This document shows, piece by piece, positions 54,746-63,941 of a stretch of DNA of 64,000 nucleotides (the stretch's first letter is position 1; each line of letters opens with the position of its first letter). Below the pieces are notes generated by a model. The model was not told the origin of the DNA. It saw only the letters and a list, made by a program, of their open reading frames with translations, and searched no databases. Source of the stretch: an uncultured Candidatus Saccharibacteria bacterium (GTDB lineage: Bacteria > Patescibacteriota > Saccharimonadia > Saccharimonadales > JAGQNJ01); assembly GCA_964491925.1 (NCBI GenBank), contig CAZBGZ010000004.1:23529-87528 (forward strand), in the 5' to 3' direction. Position numbers and translations under genes: made by a program.

Positions 54746-57246
54746 AGCCTAGTAGCTTTGACCTTCTCTTTGGCTATGGTGGCTATGGAATCTAGAAGTT
54801 TGTTGACCTCTTCAGTCACTAGAGTGCGGTCTGGGTGTGACAGGCTGATTCGAAAGCTAATATGTTTTGATGTTTTGTCTTTGCTAAAAATATCAATCGG
54901 CTGGAAAGTGCATGTATAACCATGTTCTTTTTCTGCCTTGCGTAGTTGGGCTTTCGCGCAGTTAGCTAAATCGGAATAGGGTGTATCACAAGTCACCTTA
55001 AAGCTAATATCCTGGTGAGTGCTAGGGTATTTTGATAGCGGTGTATATACACTTGTTTTCGTTTGCGCAGACTGTATTCCCTCTGTTCCAATTTCAAAAC
55101 CGGCGGTATTTGGTGGTAATTTTAGAGCTTTTCGCACACTAGCTTTGTATTCGCCTATAATGCCCAGGAATGTACCACTTTGTCCATCGATGACGTATGC
55201 CGAACGGGCAGAGTTAAAAGGCGCCGTAACTGGGTAATTCGGCTTATCGTCAACCGATTTATAGGCCAATTCTAGACCAAAACTTTTACCTAGATGTTCC
55301 AGTAGTTCTTTGACCTTGTAATATGGCGCTCCCTCGTTTTTCGACTTTGTATTCGATGAGTAGACGGCCGCAACCATCTCTAATTCTGTTGGCAGTTTGC
55401 TATCTTTTTCGAGATGTGTCTTGTTATGTGATTTGCCAATTTCGAACAATGCAAACTCGTCATATCCAGACTTTATATTCATGTGTACCTTGTCCAACAG
55501 ACTTGGTGTTAGGGTGAGTCGGTAATATTGCAGATCGGGGCTAAGGGCGTTACTGATTTGATAAGCTTGTTTTTTATCTTGACCCGTTTTATCGAATAAA
55601 TCCCCATGAACAAAGCTATAAGTTAGTACTTCGTTCGCGCCTGCTCGCGACAAAACGTCTCGGACTTTGCTTTTTATGACAAGCATTTTATCTTTTTGCG
55701 CTGGTGTTATGTCACGCTTCGGCAATGTCAGTGGCAAATGATCATATCCATACAATCGTCCTACTTCTTCGACTATATCTTCTGGTATCTCGAGATCGGT
55801 TCGCCAGAATGGCGGACTAGCTATTAAGTTTTTACCGTTTGTTGCTACTGAAATTTCGACGTTTTTCAACAAAGTAGCTATCTGTGTCGTTGATAGGTCT
55901 AGACCTAAACGTTCGTTTATAAAACCGCTGTTGGTGTGGATACCCTTCCAGAAACCTTGGGATTTGTGTGCCGCCGTATCAATAATGTCGCCTGCCAACT
56001 CTGCATTTGCTAATTTCTGAAGCATTCCAACAGCGTAGGTCGCAACAACATCATTTTGTAACGGCGATTGGCCTTTGTTGAACCTGGTAACAGCGTCCGT
56101 AAATAAACCGTGCGTCATACTAGTTTTTCGGATCGAATACATATCAAAGCTAGCACATTCCAAAATTATGTTTTTGGTTTCGCTATCGACTTCTGTATCT
56201 GTCCCCCCCATGACGCCACCGATTCCAATCAGTCTTTTTTCGGTTGCAATCATTATCGCTTTATCGTGAGGTTGAATTGTTTTGCCGTTGAGTAGCACGA
56301 TTTTTTCACCCTTTTTTGGCAATCTGGCTATTATTGTAGCTTTTGCAGAATTATCCTGCGCAGCTACTTTGTCATAATCGTAGGCGTGCGTTGGCTGGGC
56401 CGTCAGCAACATAATAAAGTTAGTTATATCTACTACGTTATTGATCGATTTTATGCCAAGTCTACTGAGATAAGACTGCATAATTATTGGTGATTTTGTG
56501 ACTTTTATGTCGGATAATGGCACGGCAAAGAAGCGCGGCACGAGCTCAGGAATTTGGTTTTTGACTGTTAATGACAGTTTTTTATCAGATTTACTGGCCT
56601 TTATTGGCAGGCTATGAAGATACCATTTTGGTGAAGTGAACTTTATGTTTTGAATACCGGCAATTTCCCGCGCAACACCTAATATACCGAAACAATCCGG
56701 ACGATGAGTGAACATCTTGTTCTCGATGTCAATAATATAGTCGTCTAATTCATAAAGCTCGGCGAATGATGCCCCAGGCTTGGCCGGCTTATCGACAATT
56801 AGTATGCCATCGTGGTCATCGCTAATCTGCAGTTCCTTCGCACTGCCCAGCATTCCATTGCTGTCTGCACCGCGCAGGGGCCGAACGTCCAGTTTGAACT
56901 GTTCCTTTTCAAAAGTACTAGGCACTATTGCGCCTGGTGGTATCCAGGCGACGCTAATACCAGCACGTACATTTTGTGCGCCGCAAACAACTTGGACTAA
57001 TCCTTTGCTGTCACGCTTCACACCCTTTGTGACACCACCATCATCGATTTTACAGACATGTAATTTGTCGGCGTTAGGATGCTTTTCGCAACTGACAACT
57101 TTAGCGACAACCACGCCTTCGTACCGCTCACCCAACGATATTACTTCTTCTACTTCGCCCAGTTGAGCCCCAATTTTCTTAACCAGTTCATCGACCGATA
57201 TCTGTATATCAGTAAACTCTCTTAACCAATTAAGCGATATCTTCAT
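54742..57246 (-). CDS. pheT: phenylalanyl-tRNA synthetase beta subunit
   Basis: 834 aa. tRNA-binding domain (HPNADKLHVCKIDDG), B3/4, B5 and FDX-ACB domains. Confidence 0.94.
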   Translation of the reverse strand: MKISLNWLREFTDIQISVDELVKKIGAQLGEVEEVISLGERYEGVVVAKVVSCEKHPNADKLHVCKIDDGGVTKGVKRDSKGLVQVVCGAQNVRAGISVAWIPPGAIVPSTFEKEQFKLDVRPLRGADSNGMLGSAKELQISDDHDGILIVDKPAKPGASFAELYELDDYIIDIENKMFTHRPDCFGILGVAREIAGIQNIKFTSPKWYLHSLPIKASKSDKKLSLTVKNQIPELVPRFFAVPLSDIKVTKSPIIMQSYLSRLGIKSINNVVDITNFIMLLTAQPTHAYDYDKVAAQDNSAKATIIARLPKKGEKIVLLNGKTIQPHDKAIMIATEKRLIGIGGVMGGTDTEVDSETKNIILECASFDMYSIRKTSMTHGLFTDAVTRFNKGQSPLQNDVVATYAVGMLQKLANAELAGDIIDTAAHKSQGFWKGIHTNSGFINERLGLDLSTTQIATLLKNVEISVATNGKNLIASPPFWRTDLEIPEDIVEEVGRLYGYDHLPLTLPKRDITPAQKDKMLVIKSKVRDVLSRAGANEVLTYSFVHGDLFDKTGQDKKQAYQISNALSPDLQYYRLTLTPSLLDKVHMNIKSGYDEFALFEIGKSHNKTHLEKDSKLPTELEMVAAVYSSNTKSKNEGAPYYKVKELLEHLGKSFGLELAYKSVDDKPNYPVTAPFNSARSAYVIDGQSGTFLGIIGEYKASVRKALKLPPNTAGFEIGTEGIQSAQTKTSVYTPLSKYPSTHQDISFKVTCDTPYSDLANCAKAQLRKAEKEHGYTCTFQPIDIFSKDKTSKHISFRISLSHPDRTLVTEEVNKLLDSIATIAKEKVKATRL

Positions 57247-57695
57247 AGCTTAACCTCACAACGAGTATCTATGTAGTACCCGTTTTTTTTGCCTTCACTG
57301 TTCAACCAAATACGTTCGGGGGTGGCTGTGAATATTCTGGTAGGGGCATCCCCTGTAGTGGTATCTTCGGTCAACTGAAAAAGTTTAGCGCGTTGGTTAT
57401 ATAGAGCAAGTGCGCTTTTTAGTTCTTCCCCCTCTTCTAATATTCTTGCTTTTGCTTCCATGTAAACGCCTGCGGCTTCTTTTTCGGATGCATTCGGGTT
57501 AAACATCGTAATAAACACTCTGTTGTCTCGGTCTAAATTCTGCGAATGCACACTTTCTGCATCCGTCCACCAATAGATATTACTATTATTATCAAACACA
57601 AAAAAAACTGGGCTTGCCCAAGGCGAACCGTCATTACACACCGTTGAAAGTGTGCAAAATATCGTTGAGTCTAGAATTTGCATTACTTTGTTCAT
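57243..57695 (-). CDS. pyridoxamine 5'-phosphate oxidase-like FMN-binding split-barrel protein
   Basis: 150 aa. CTLSTVCNDGSPWASPVFFVFD...IYWWTD pattern typical of the PNPOx-like family. Confidence 0.7.
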   Translation of the reverse strand: MNKVMQILDSTIFCTLSTVCNDGSPWASPVFFVFDNNSNIYWWTDAESVHSQNLDRDNRVFITMFNPNASEKEAAGVYMEAKARILEEGEELKSALALYNQRAKLFQLTEDTTTGDAPTRIFTATPERIWLNSEGKKNGYYIDTRCEVKL

Positions 57696-58258
57696 TTTTC
57701 TATCTCCTCTAGCAATTCGGGGAATTGCATTCGTCTGTCATCAAAGAAATGTCCATACTCATGAAACTGTTTATATTTCACGCCACGTATCTTTTCTTTC
57801 AGTATTTGTGCGCTCTTTTTCACACTTTCGCCATCATCATCCGAATTAAAAATTGTAACCCCGGCCGTTCGCTTAACTAAATCAGGGTCGATGGTAAATT
57901 CAAAAAAATCGCCAGTATCGAATTTCTTATCTGGATCGATCCAGGGCGCTACCAAAACGACCTTGCCCACTGAAATGTCTTTATGTTCACTTAGCCAGCG
58001 TGCTAAGAAACCGCCGCCACAACTATGGCCGACCAATATTGTCTCTGGGCTAATATCGTAACGTTCAAATTCTTTTTGCCATGTAGGGTAATCGGCTATC
58101 CAGCCATTGGGGACTTCTGGCGTTTGCGTCGGGATTTCGCGCACAACAAGTTGTTTCTGAAGCCACGGTAACCAGTAATAGTTACTGAACGAAGGAAAGT
58201 TAACATCATAAAAGTGGTCTTTGCTGGGTTTCCCGTGTAGGATTATTGCATTTTTCAT
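57692..58258 (-). CDS. YdeN/RBBP9-type serine hydrolase (alpha/beta fold)
   Basis: 188 aa. ILHG..., nucleophile elbow LVGHSCGG, late Asp and His (DDDGESV, EYGHF). Confidence 0.75.
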   Translation of the reverse strand: MKNAIILHGKPSKDHFYDVNFPSFSNYYWLPWLQKQLVVREIPTQTPEVPNGWIADYPTWQKEFERYDISPETILVGHSCGGGFLARWLSEHKDISVGKVVLVAPWIDPDKKFDTGDFFEFTIDPDLVKRTAGVTIFNSDDDGESVKKSAQILKEKIRGVKYKQFHEYGHFFDDRRMQFPELLEEIEK

Positions 58259-58866
58259 GTCTCTATCTCCGCAATTATTCTGGCAGGGGCTGCGTCTATC
58301 TGTAGATTTATTGGCAGGGCGAATACTTTGAATGTCTTGCCCACTAATTGTTCGAGATTTGTTAGGTTTTCGGCTATAAGGACGCCGCCTTCAAGTAAAA
58401 TTTTATGGACTGGAAAGCCGTCTTTATTGTCTGGACTACAAGCGTCTATACCTATCATTTTGATTTTTTTGGCTACAAGGTACTGGGCAACTTCCTCGCT
58501 CATGGCTGGATAGTCTTCAAAATAGGCGGATTCGTGATATTTTGCGCCCATACCGGTATAAAGCAGCACTATGTCGCCTTCCTGAATATCAGCATCTTTT
58601 AGCGTGTCGAAATTGCCATCTATTACGTCAACATAAACCCCGCGTCCAATAAATTGGTCGACCGGGATTTGGTCCAGAGCTTTGCCACCAGCAAGCATGT
58701 GCATAGGTGCATCGACGTGTGTGCCGACGTGCGTTCCAATCGAAAGATAATGGTCGCAATAGCCGTCTTTATCAAGAACACCGGCTGGTTTTATGATGGT
58801 TTTCGGATCACCAGGGTAAATTGGCGTATCTTCATTAATTAGTACCGATAGGTCAACGTATTTCAT
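58255..58866 (-). CDS. cyclase-family protein (kynurenine formamidase-like fold)
   Basis: 203 aa. IYPGDP..., SIGTHVGTHVDAPMH metal-binding motif. Confidence 0.8.
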   Translation of the reverse strand: MKYVDLSVLINEDTPIYPGDPKTIIKPAGVLDKDGYCDHYLSIGTHVGTHVDAPMHMLAGGKALDQIPVDQFIGRGVYVDVIDGNFDTLKDADIQEGDIVLLYTGMGAKYHESAYFEDYPAMSEEVAQYLVAKKIKMIGIDACSPDNKDGFPVHKILLEGGVLIAENLTNLEQLVGKTFKVFALPINLQIDAAPARIIAEIET

Positions 58867-59330
58867 GAGGATTGCCTCAATTTAACTTTTTCCTCTATAA
58901 AAGTTTCTACATCCGGGTAGACTTTGTCCATCATCAGATATAGCGTTTCGTACTTGTCGGGGCTCCCGATGCCGTAGCATTTTTTGCCCATGCCGTAGGC
59001 TGCCCCTAGCTCCATATGCGCAGACAAACCAGCAGGAAAAACTAAAATAAATTCTTTAGAATTTCTTTGGTTTCTCATATCAGTTTCAAAAATCTCTCTG
59101 AAAGTGGGGTTCGTTTCCCAATCTTCTAATGTCTCGAGCTTTTGCATAAAGCTTTCAACATCAGAACCTTCTGAGGTATCGATAACAAGCCCAGCCTTAT
59201 CTTCGTACTGATTCTCAATAAAACAGTAAACAGACTTCCCCGCATCCCGAAGCTTGTCGACTATAGTCCTAATGGCATCACGGTTTCGCCAGCGGCCAGC
59301 AACAAAATAATCGTATTTCCTAACGCTCAT
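58863..59330 (-). CDS. nucleoside 2-deoxyribosyltransferase-like Rossmann protein
   Basis: 155 aa. YDYFVAGRWRNRD N-terminal strand-loop, FPAGLSAHMELGAAYGMGKKCYGIG (conserved Glu region). Confidence 0.6.
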   Translation of the reverse strand: MSVRKYDYFVAGRWRNRDAIRTIVDKLRDAGKSVYCFIENQYEDKAGLVIDTSEGSDVESFMQKLETLEDWETNPTFREIFETDMRNQRNSKEFILVFPAGLSAHMELGAAYGMGKKCYGIGSPDKYETLYLMMDKVYPDVETFIEEKVKLRQSS

Positions 59331-60367
59331 GAGAATTGCCTCAAAAAGTCTAATTTACCAGATTCAAAGTGTCGGACGTCTTCGATATTGGATTTCATCA
59401 TAACTAACCGATCGATTCCGCCGCCCCAGGCAAAGCCGGTATATATATCAGGGTTAATGTCAGCCATTTTCAGCACGTTTGGGTGGATCATTCCACAGCC
59501 AAGCAGCTCAATCCAACCAGATTGCGAGCACACACTACAGCCTTTTTTCTTGCAAAATGGGCAACTAAGAGCAAACTCAAAACTAGGCTCTGTGAACGGA
59601 AAATAGAAAGGCTGTGTCTTTACCTCTATATCCTGATGGTAGTATTCCTGCAAAAAAGTCTTTAGTGTGGCTATTAGGTTGCCAGCGTTCATGCCTTTAT
59701 CTACAAAAATTCCTTCGTGTTGGTAAAAGGTATGCTCGTGCCGAGCGTCCAAGTCTTCATTACGAAACACTCTATCAGGGACCAAAACGGCAATTGGGCG
59801 GCCGTTTTCTAAATTTGATTTGTACTTTTTCAATAGTCTGTTTTGCATGGTACTAGTATGCGCCGGTGCGATTAATCCATCTGTGGTCATAAAAGTGTCA
59901 TAGTCGTCACGTGCTGGGTGTCCTTTAGGGAAATTTAGACTATCAAACATATGATAATCATCATCAAGCAGCCTGGACTGTTCTACATTGAAACCCATTC
60001 TATAGAAAATGTCAGAGATTTGTTCTATCTCAATCATAAGTGGGTGCTTGCTGCCGTTTTGCGCGGGCAGCAACGACGGTTTTTTAGCGTTAACATCGAA
60101 TGGTGCCGTAACATCAATGGGGTCAAGTTTTTCACTGTCATCTGACGCATCAGCGACCAACACTGTCAGTTCGGCTTTCAGCTGGTTTAATTCTTTGCCG
60201 AAACTAGCCCTTTCGTCAGGCTTTAACAGAGGTATTTCAGCCGCCAAAGCCTTCAGCTCAGGTGCGCGCAAAACAGAAGCTTTATTTTCAACCTTTTCTA
60301 GACGTCTTTGCAATGCCTCGGCCACATCCCCAATTTTCTTATGCTTATAGCTCATACTTATAGTCAT
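59327..60367 (-). CDS. pheS: phenylalanyl-tRNA synthetase alpha subunit
   Basis: 346 aa. Class II motifs (HPARDDYDTF, FRNEDLDARHEHTFYQHEG, GWAWGGGIDRL-like GFAWGGGIDRL). Confidence 0.94.
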   Translation of the reverse strand: MTISMSYKHKKIGDVAEALQRRLEKVENKASVLRAPELKALAAEIPLLKPDERASFGKELNQLKAELTVLVADASDDSEKLDPIDVTAPFDVNAKKPSLLPAQNGSKHPLMIEIEQISDIFYRMGFNVEQSRLLDDDYHMFDSLNFPKGHPARDDYDTFMTTDGLIAPAHTSTMQNRLLKKYKSNLENGRPIAVLVPDRVFRNEDLDARHEHTFYQHEGIFVDKGMNAGNLIATLKTFLQEYYHQDIEVKTQPFYFPFTEPSFEFALSCPFCKKKGCSVCSQSGWIELLGCGMIHPNVLKMADINPDIYTGFAWGGGIDRLVMMKSNIEDVRHFESGKLDFLRQFS

Positions 60368-60401
60368 TATATACTAACTTGCCCCTCGTTCGCCTCTTAA
60401 A

Positions 60402-61136
60402 TTAAGGACGGTCTTTCACTTCATACGATATTCGAATAGTGCCCGAGGATGTTTTTATTTTGCGAACTGTCTCTTGTCCGATGTCTTTTAGTTCTGCAAC
60501 GTGCGTTCCACCGCACGGCACCCCAAAGTCACCATATAAAACAACTCGGCTAGGCTTATCTTTTGGTAAATAGTCGGGAACATGACGACACAATTGTGCC
60601 ATTTCATCCCTGTCAACGAACTTTATTTCTGTTTTTATCCCCGACCCTAAGATTTCACTAATTTTTTGAGTTATCTTGGCCGATACTTCTTCCTTGGTTT
60701 CTTCTCCTAAATCACCGTCGTATTCAACATATGGCCCCCGTGGAAAATGAAATCCTTTGTCTGGTATCCAGGTGTAGCCGAGTTGGTTAACCGCCATATC
60801 AAGAACATGACCACCAGAATGCAAGCGAGTATGTAATTTTCGACGTTCACTGTCCACCTCACACTGCACATCTTCCCCTTGCATGAACTGATTGCCTTCA
60901 AAATGCCCAATATGATGCACTACGCCGTCAACAAATCGAACTTCTTCGACCACAAATTTTGCGGCGTCACTTGATATTACACCCGTGTCATACGGCTGGC
61001 CTCCACCCTGCGGGTAGAAAACTGTCTGATTCAAATATACTATTGTTTTTCCGTCTTTTTGCTCTACGCCTTCTACATATCCATCGCACTCTAGTTTCTG
61101 CATATTTTCCAGGTACAATAACTTAGTCGGTTCCAT
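60402..61136 (-). CDS. AlaX-type Ala-tRNA editing protein (Thr/Ala-tRNA synthetase second additional domain)
   Basis: 244 aa. HSGGHVLD and CGGTHV zinc motifs. AGGAG Shine-Dalgarno. Confidence 0.85.
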   Translation of the reverse strand: MEPTKLLYLENMQKLECDGYVEGVEQKDGKTIVYLNQTVFYPQGGGQPYDTGVISSDAAKFVVEEVRFVDGVVHHIGHFEGNQFMQGEDVQCEVDSERRKLHTRLHSGGHVLDMAVNQLGYTWIPDKGFHFPRGPYVEYDGDLGEETKEEVSAKITQKISEILGSGIKTEIKFVDRDEMAQLCRHVPDYLPKDKPSRVVLYGDFGVPCGGTHVAELKDIGQETVRKIKTSSGTIRISYEVKDRP

Positions 61137-61184
61137 GTTTGCTCCTAATTTAGTTTACTTATAGTTTAACGCACACCGTTTTTA

Positions 61185-61568
61185 CTAAAAGAACGGGCTC
61201 TTTTCTCTGAAAGGGTCGTATCTCTTAGCAACGCCGCCTGCCTTACTGGCGTCTGTATAAGTAGGCGCTTCTTCATCTCTGCCCATCATTCGAATAACAT
61301 GATATATCTGACCAAAAGGCCGAGTATCACCACGAGCAATCTCAATTAATGCGCGCCGTTCGTGGTCTTCATTCTGTAAAATACCGTTTTGTACCACACG
61401 ATCATAGTCGTCCGGCATTATTGCAAGTCCAGCTAAATGTCTAACAGCATCCCTTGGCGTTGGTGTATATCTGTCAAGCTCGGCAATATGCGCTTCATAA
61501 CTTGCCTGGACGTCCATGCTGCCTGTTTGCACATGTGCTGGCACATTTCCATAAGTTGTCATTGTCAC
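61185..61568 (-). CDS. hypothetical protein (orphan, ~127 aa)
   Basis: The ORF track starts at TTG 61586. GTG 61568 sits 6 nt after AAGGAG. No motif recognised. Confidence 0.5.
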   Translation of the reverse strand: MTMTTYGNVPAHVQTGSMDVQASYEAHIAELDRYTPTPRDAVRHLAGLAIMPDDYDRVVQNGILQNEDHERRALIEIARGDTRPFGQIYHVIRMMGRDEEAPTYTDASKAGGVAKRYDPFREKSPFF

Positions 61569-61607
61569 TTTAATCTCCTTTTTCAATAATTACGCAAGAA
61601 TTTAAAA

Positions 61608-61624
61608 ACCGCCCTAGTGGCGGT
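61608..61624. terminator. bidirectional-looking terminator hairpin
   Basis: ACCGCC-ctagt-GGCGGT, flanked by an A5 run on the left and TCTTTT on the right. Confidence 0.45.
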
Positions 61625-61753
61625 CTTTTCAATACTTTTCTATTTGTTTACAAACGCACAGAAGAAACCGCCACGATAGTGTCGGTAAAGAGAAATCCTT
61701 TATTTGCGATTATAGTATCCATAACTTTTCTACGATAACAGGTCTATTCATTT

Positions 61754-61781
61754 TTGGCAATAGCGTTTTATGGTCTATACT
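61754..61781 (+). promoter_or_regulatory. promoter TTGGCA-16-TATACT, 7 nt before yajQ ATG (leaderless-type)
   Basis: TTGGCA 61754-61759, TATACT 61776-61781, then ggaaagt and ATG 61789. No Shine-Dalgarno. Confidence 0.5.
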
Positions 61782-61788
61782 GGAAAGT

Positions 61789-62286
61789 ATGGCAAGCTTT
61801 TCTTTTGATGTAGTTAGTGAATTCGATAAGGCCGAGATGATTAATGTCTTTGACCAGACACAGCGAGAACTCTCAAACCGTTATGATTTTAAGGGGACTT
61901 CGGCTGCTGTCGAGTGGCTAAATAGTGATAAAACAGGGTTCAAGGTTATGGGTGATAGTCAGTATCAGCTAGATGCGATTGCAGACATTATTCGTAAAAA
62001 ACTGGCTGCGCGTAGCCAAAGCCAAAAGATTATTGATGTTTCAAAAGAACCCCTGACAACAAACCTGAAGATGCATTGGGAAGTTCCGTTTCAGAGTGGT
62101 TTGGACCAAGAAAAAGCCAAAAAAATAACAAAATTGATCCGTGATGAATTACCAAAAGTAAAAACTCAAATTCAAGGCGAAGAGGTACGTGTAACCAGCC
62201 AGAAAAAAGACGAACTACAAGCAGCCATGCAATTATTAAAATCACAAGATTTCGACTTTCCGCTATCCTTTACAAACTTCCGCTAA
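61789..62286 (+). CDS. yajQ: YajQ-family (UPF0234) nucleotide/c-di-GMP-binding protein
   Basis: 165 aa. MASFSFDVVSEFDKAEMINVFDQTQRELSNRYDFKG is the typical YajQ N-terminus. Confidence 0.9.
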   Translation: MASFSFDVVSEFDKAEMINVFDQTQRELSNRYDFKGTSAAVEWLNSDKTGFKVMGDSQYQLDAIADIIRKKLAARSQSQKIIDVSKEPLTTNLKMHWEVPFQSGLDQEKAKKITKLIRDELPKVKTQIQGEEVRVTSQKKDELQAAMQLLKSQDFDFPLSFTNFR

Positions 62287-62547
62287 ACAGCATCTTTTTT
62301 TTGGCCCACGAACTGTTTCAGCACCAATAATGTGCTGTAGTGTATCTTGCCCCAGAGGCAATGTATCAAGATTAGCAATTACCTCTCTATCGATAGTCGT
62401 CATTGTTTTTACCCCAAGACTTCTAACTGCCGTGTTGACACCGATCGCTGAGGCACCTGCACGTAGTAAACGCACAGGTTTACCTAAAAAACGTCGAAAT
62501 AGTAGGTTTTGAAGTCGAGAGCCAGCAATTTGTAGAGACTCAAACAT
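62263..62547 (-). CDS. questionable 94-aa ORF (Arg-rich), possibly non-coding or a gene remnant
   Basis: Only ORF in a 329-nt gap. Overlaps the yajQ 3' end by 24 nt. No Shine-Dalgarno and no clear promoter. Confidence 0.2.
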   Translation of the reverse strand: MFESLQIAGSRLQNLLFRRFLGKPVRLLRAGASAIGVNTAVRSLGVKTMTTIDREVIANLDTLPLGQDTLQHIIGAETVRGPKKRCCLAEVCKG

Positions 62548-62581
62548 CTATTTTCGAAGCACTCTGGAAAACTGCAAAACC

Positions 62582-62602
62582 CGTCACAGAATATCTGTGA
62601 CG
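62582..62602 (-). terminator. intrinsic terminator after the amidohydrolase gene
   Basis: Perfect 9-bp stem CGTCACAGA/TCTGTGACG with a 3-nt loop, followed on the minus strand by GGTTTTGCAGTTTTCC. Confidence 0.6.
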
Positions 62603-62615
62603 ATAATGCACAATT

Positions 62616-63854
62616 CTACCTAGGGCACTTTACTAGATGACGTAGGCTAACTTGGTAGTTTCTGGTTTTCGTGCCGTTTTGGCCTCTCCTAAATTCTGAC
62701 TCGCCCGAGGCTGCATGCACGACCCTGCCTGCAAGATGGTACACAGCGCCGATTTGTTCGAGATGCCCGAACATGTTTTGCCCGTACTGCGGGTTAATAG
62801 TACGTTCGGCATCAGCAATACTATCGAATTTACCGCCAATATCAAATACTGCACTCGTACCATCGTCCATCGATATATTGAATATTTCTCGCGGAGTAAC
62901 AACTATTTTTTGATACAAATCGTCCAGAGCAATTCTGCCTTCGGAAACTGCGCCTAATAGCAAGGGTATCATTACGGTATGGTTTGTTACCCCAAACGCC
63001 GGGTTCTCTGCTTCTTTTTCCTCCAATCGATGCGGGGCACAGTCACTAGCAAATACGTCAATGTAGTCCATATTATCCCATAAAAACTGTACGTCTTCAG
63101 CCGACTTTAACGAAGGCTTCATGCAGCCAAAACCTCCAATTTTCGCTACCTCGGCTGCGGTTGCAAATAGGTGGTGGGGAGTAACCTCGCACGTTACCCG
63201 CATACCATTTTCTTTGGCTTCTATTACTGACTCAAGCTCTTCTCGAGACGAAACATGCGCAATATGAATTGGGATCTCGTTGCCATTTGGCTTGCCAGCA
63301 ATCGCAGCAAGGATCGTTCGGACGTTGCCATCCTCAGCATGAACAATAGTCGGCTTCTCTGGGTAAAATTTATTCCATTCATCTATTAGCTGTGAGGCAT
63401 GATCTATGGACACATTCATACCGCCCGTGGACAAATCAACCCACAGTTTTAGCCCTGACGCATTTGTGCCACCGGTGTAAAAGAGGCGCCTGGCCTTATA
63501 AGCAACCACTTCGCGTCCGTTGTCCGACAAAACTTCTTTTTTATCTATGCCTAGGTGAATACCAGCCAAGGTTCTCGATTGAGAACTAATAGCTGTTTCC
63601 ATCGCCCCTACCCTATCAGGGTTTGAAATCGGATATTGGACTTGTTCTATTTGACCTGTTTTGTCGTTTATGACCCGCCTTGCCTCGTTTGGCATAGCCA
63701 GCATCACAGTTATGCCTGACTCAAGCATTGCCTCGGTATATGCTTCCAGTCCGGCTTTGCCATCTGGAAGCGGATCAAACACTCTGGGATGAGCATGTAC
63801 GTCTATCGGACCCGGCGTCATAGTAATCAAATCGCCCGCTACTTCTAACCCCAT
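62616..63854 (-). CDS. dihydroorotase-like cyclic amidohydrolase
   Basis: IDVHAHPR (HxH), ASDCAPH (compare SDHAPH). Start ATG 63854 (MGLEVAG...) 5 nt after GGAGG; the ORF track gives TTG 63905. Confidence 0.8.
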   Translation of the reverse strand: MGLEVAGDLITMTPGPIDVHAHPRVFDPLPDGKAGLEAYTEAMLESGITVMLAMPNEARRVINDKTGQIEQVQYPISNPDRVGAMETAISSQSRTLAGIHLGIDKKEVLSDNGREVVAYKARRLFYTGGTNASGLKLWVDLSTGGMNVSIDHASQLIDEWNKFYPEKPTIVHAEDGNVRTILAAIAGKPNGNEIPIHIAHVSSREELESVIEAKENGMRVTCEVTPHHLFATAAEVAKIGGFGCMKPSLKSAEDVQFLWDNMDYIDVFASDCAPHRLEEKEAENPAFGVTNHTVMIPLLLGAVSEGRIALDDLYQKIVVTPREIFNISMDDGTSAVFDIGGKFDSIADAERTINPQYGQNMFGHLEQIGAVYHLAGRVVHAASGESEFRRGQNGTKTRNYQVSLRHLVKCPR

Positions 63855-63941
63855 AATTCCTCCGTATTTCATCAAAACTATATTCGATATATTTTCCAAA
63901 AGCAAGCAAGTCCTTTTTTTGACACTGTATACTATATGCTA

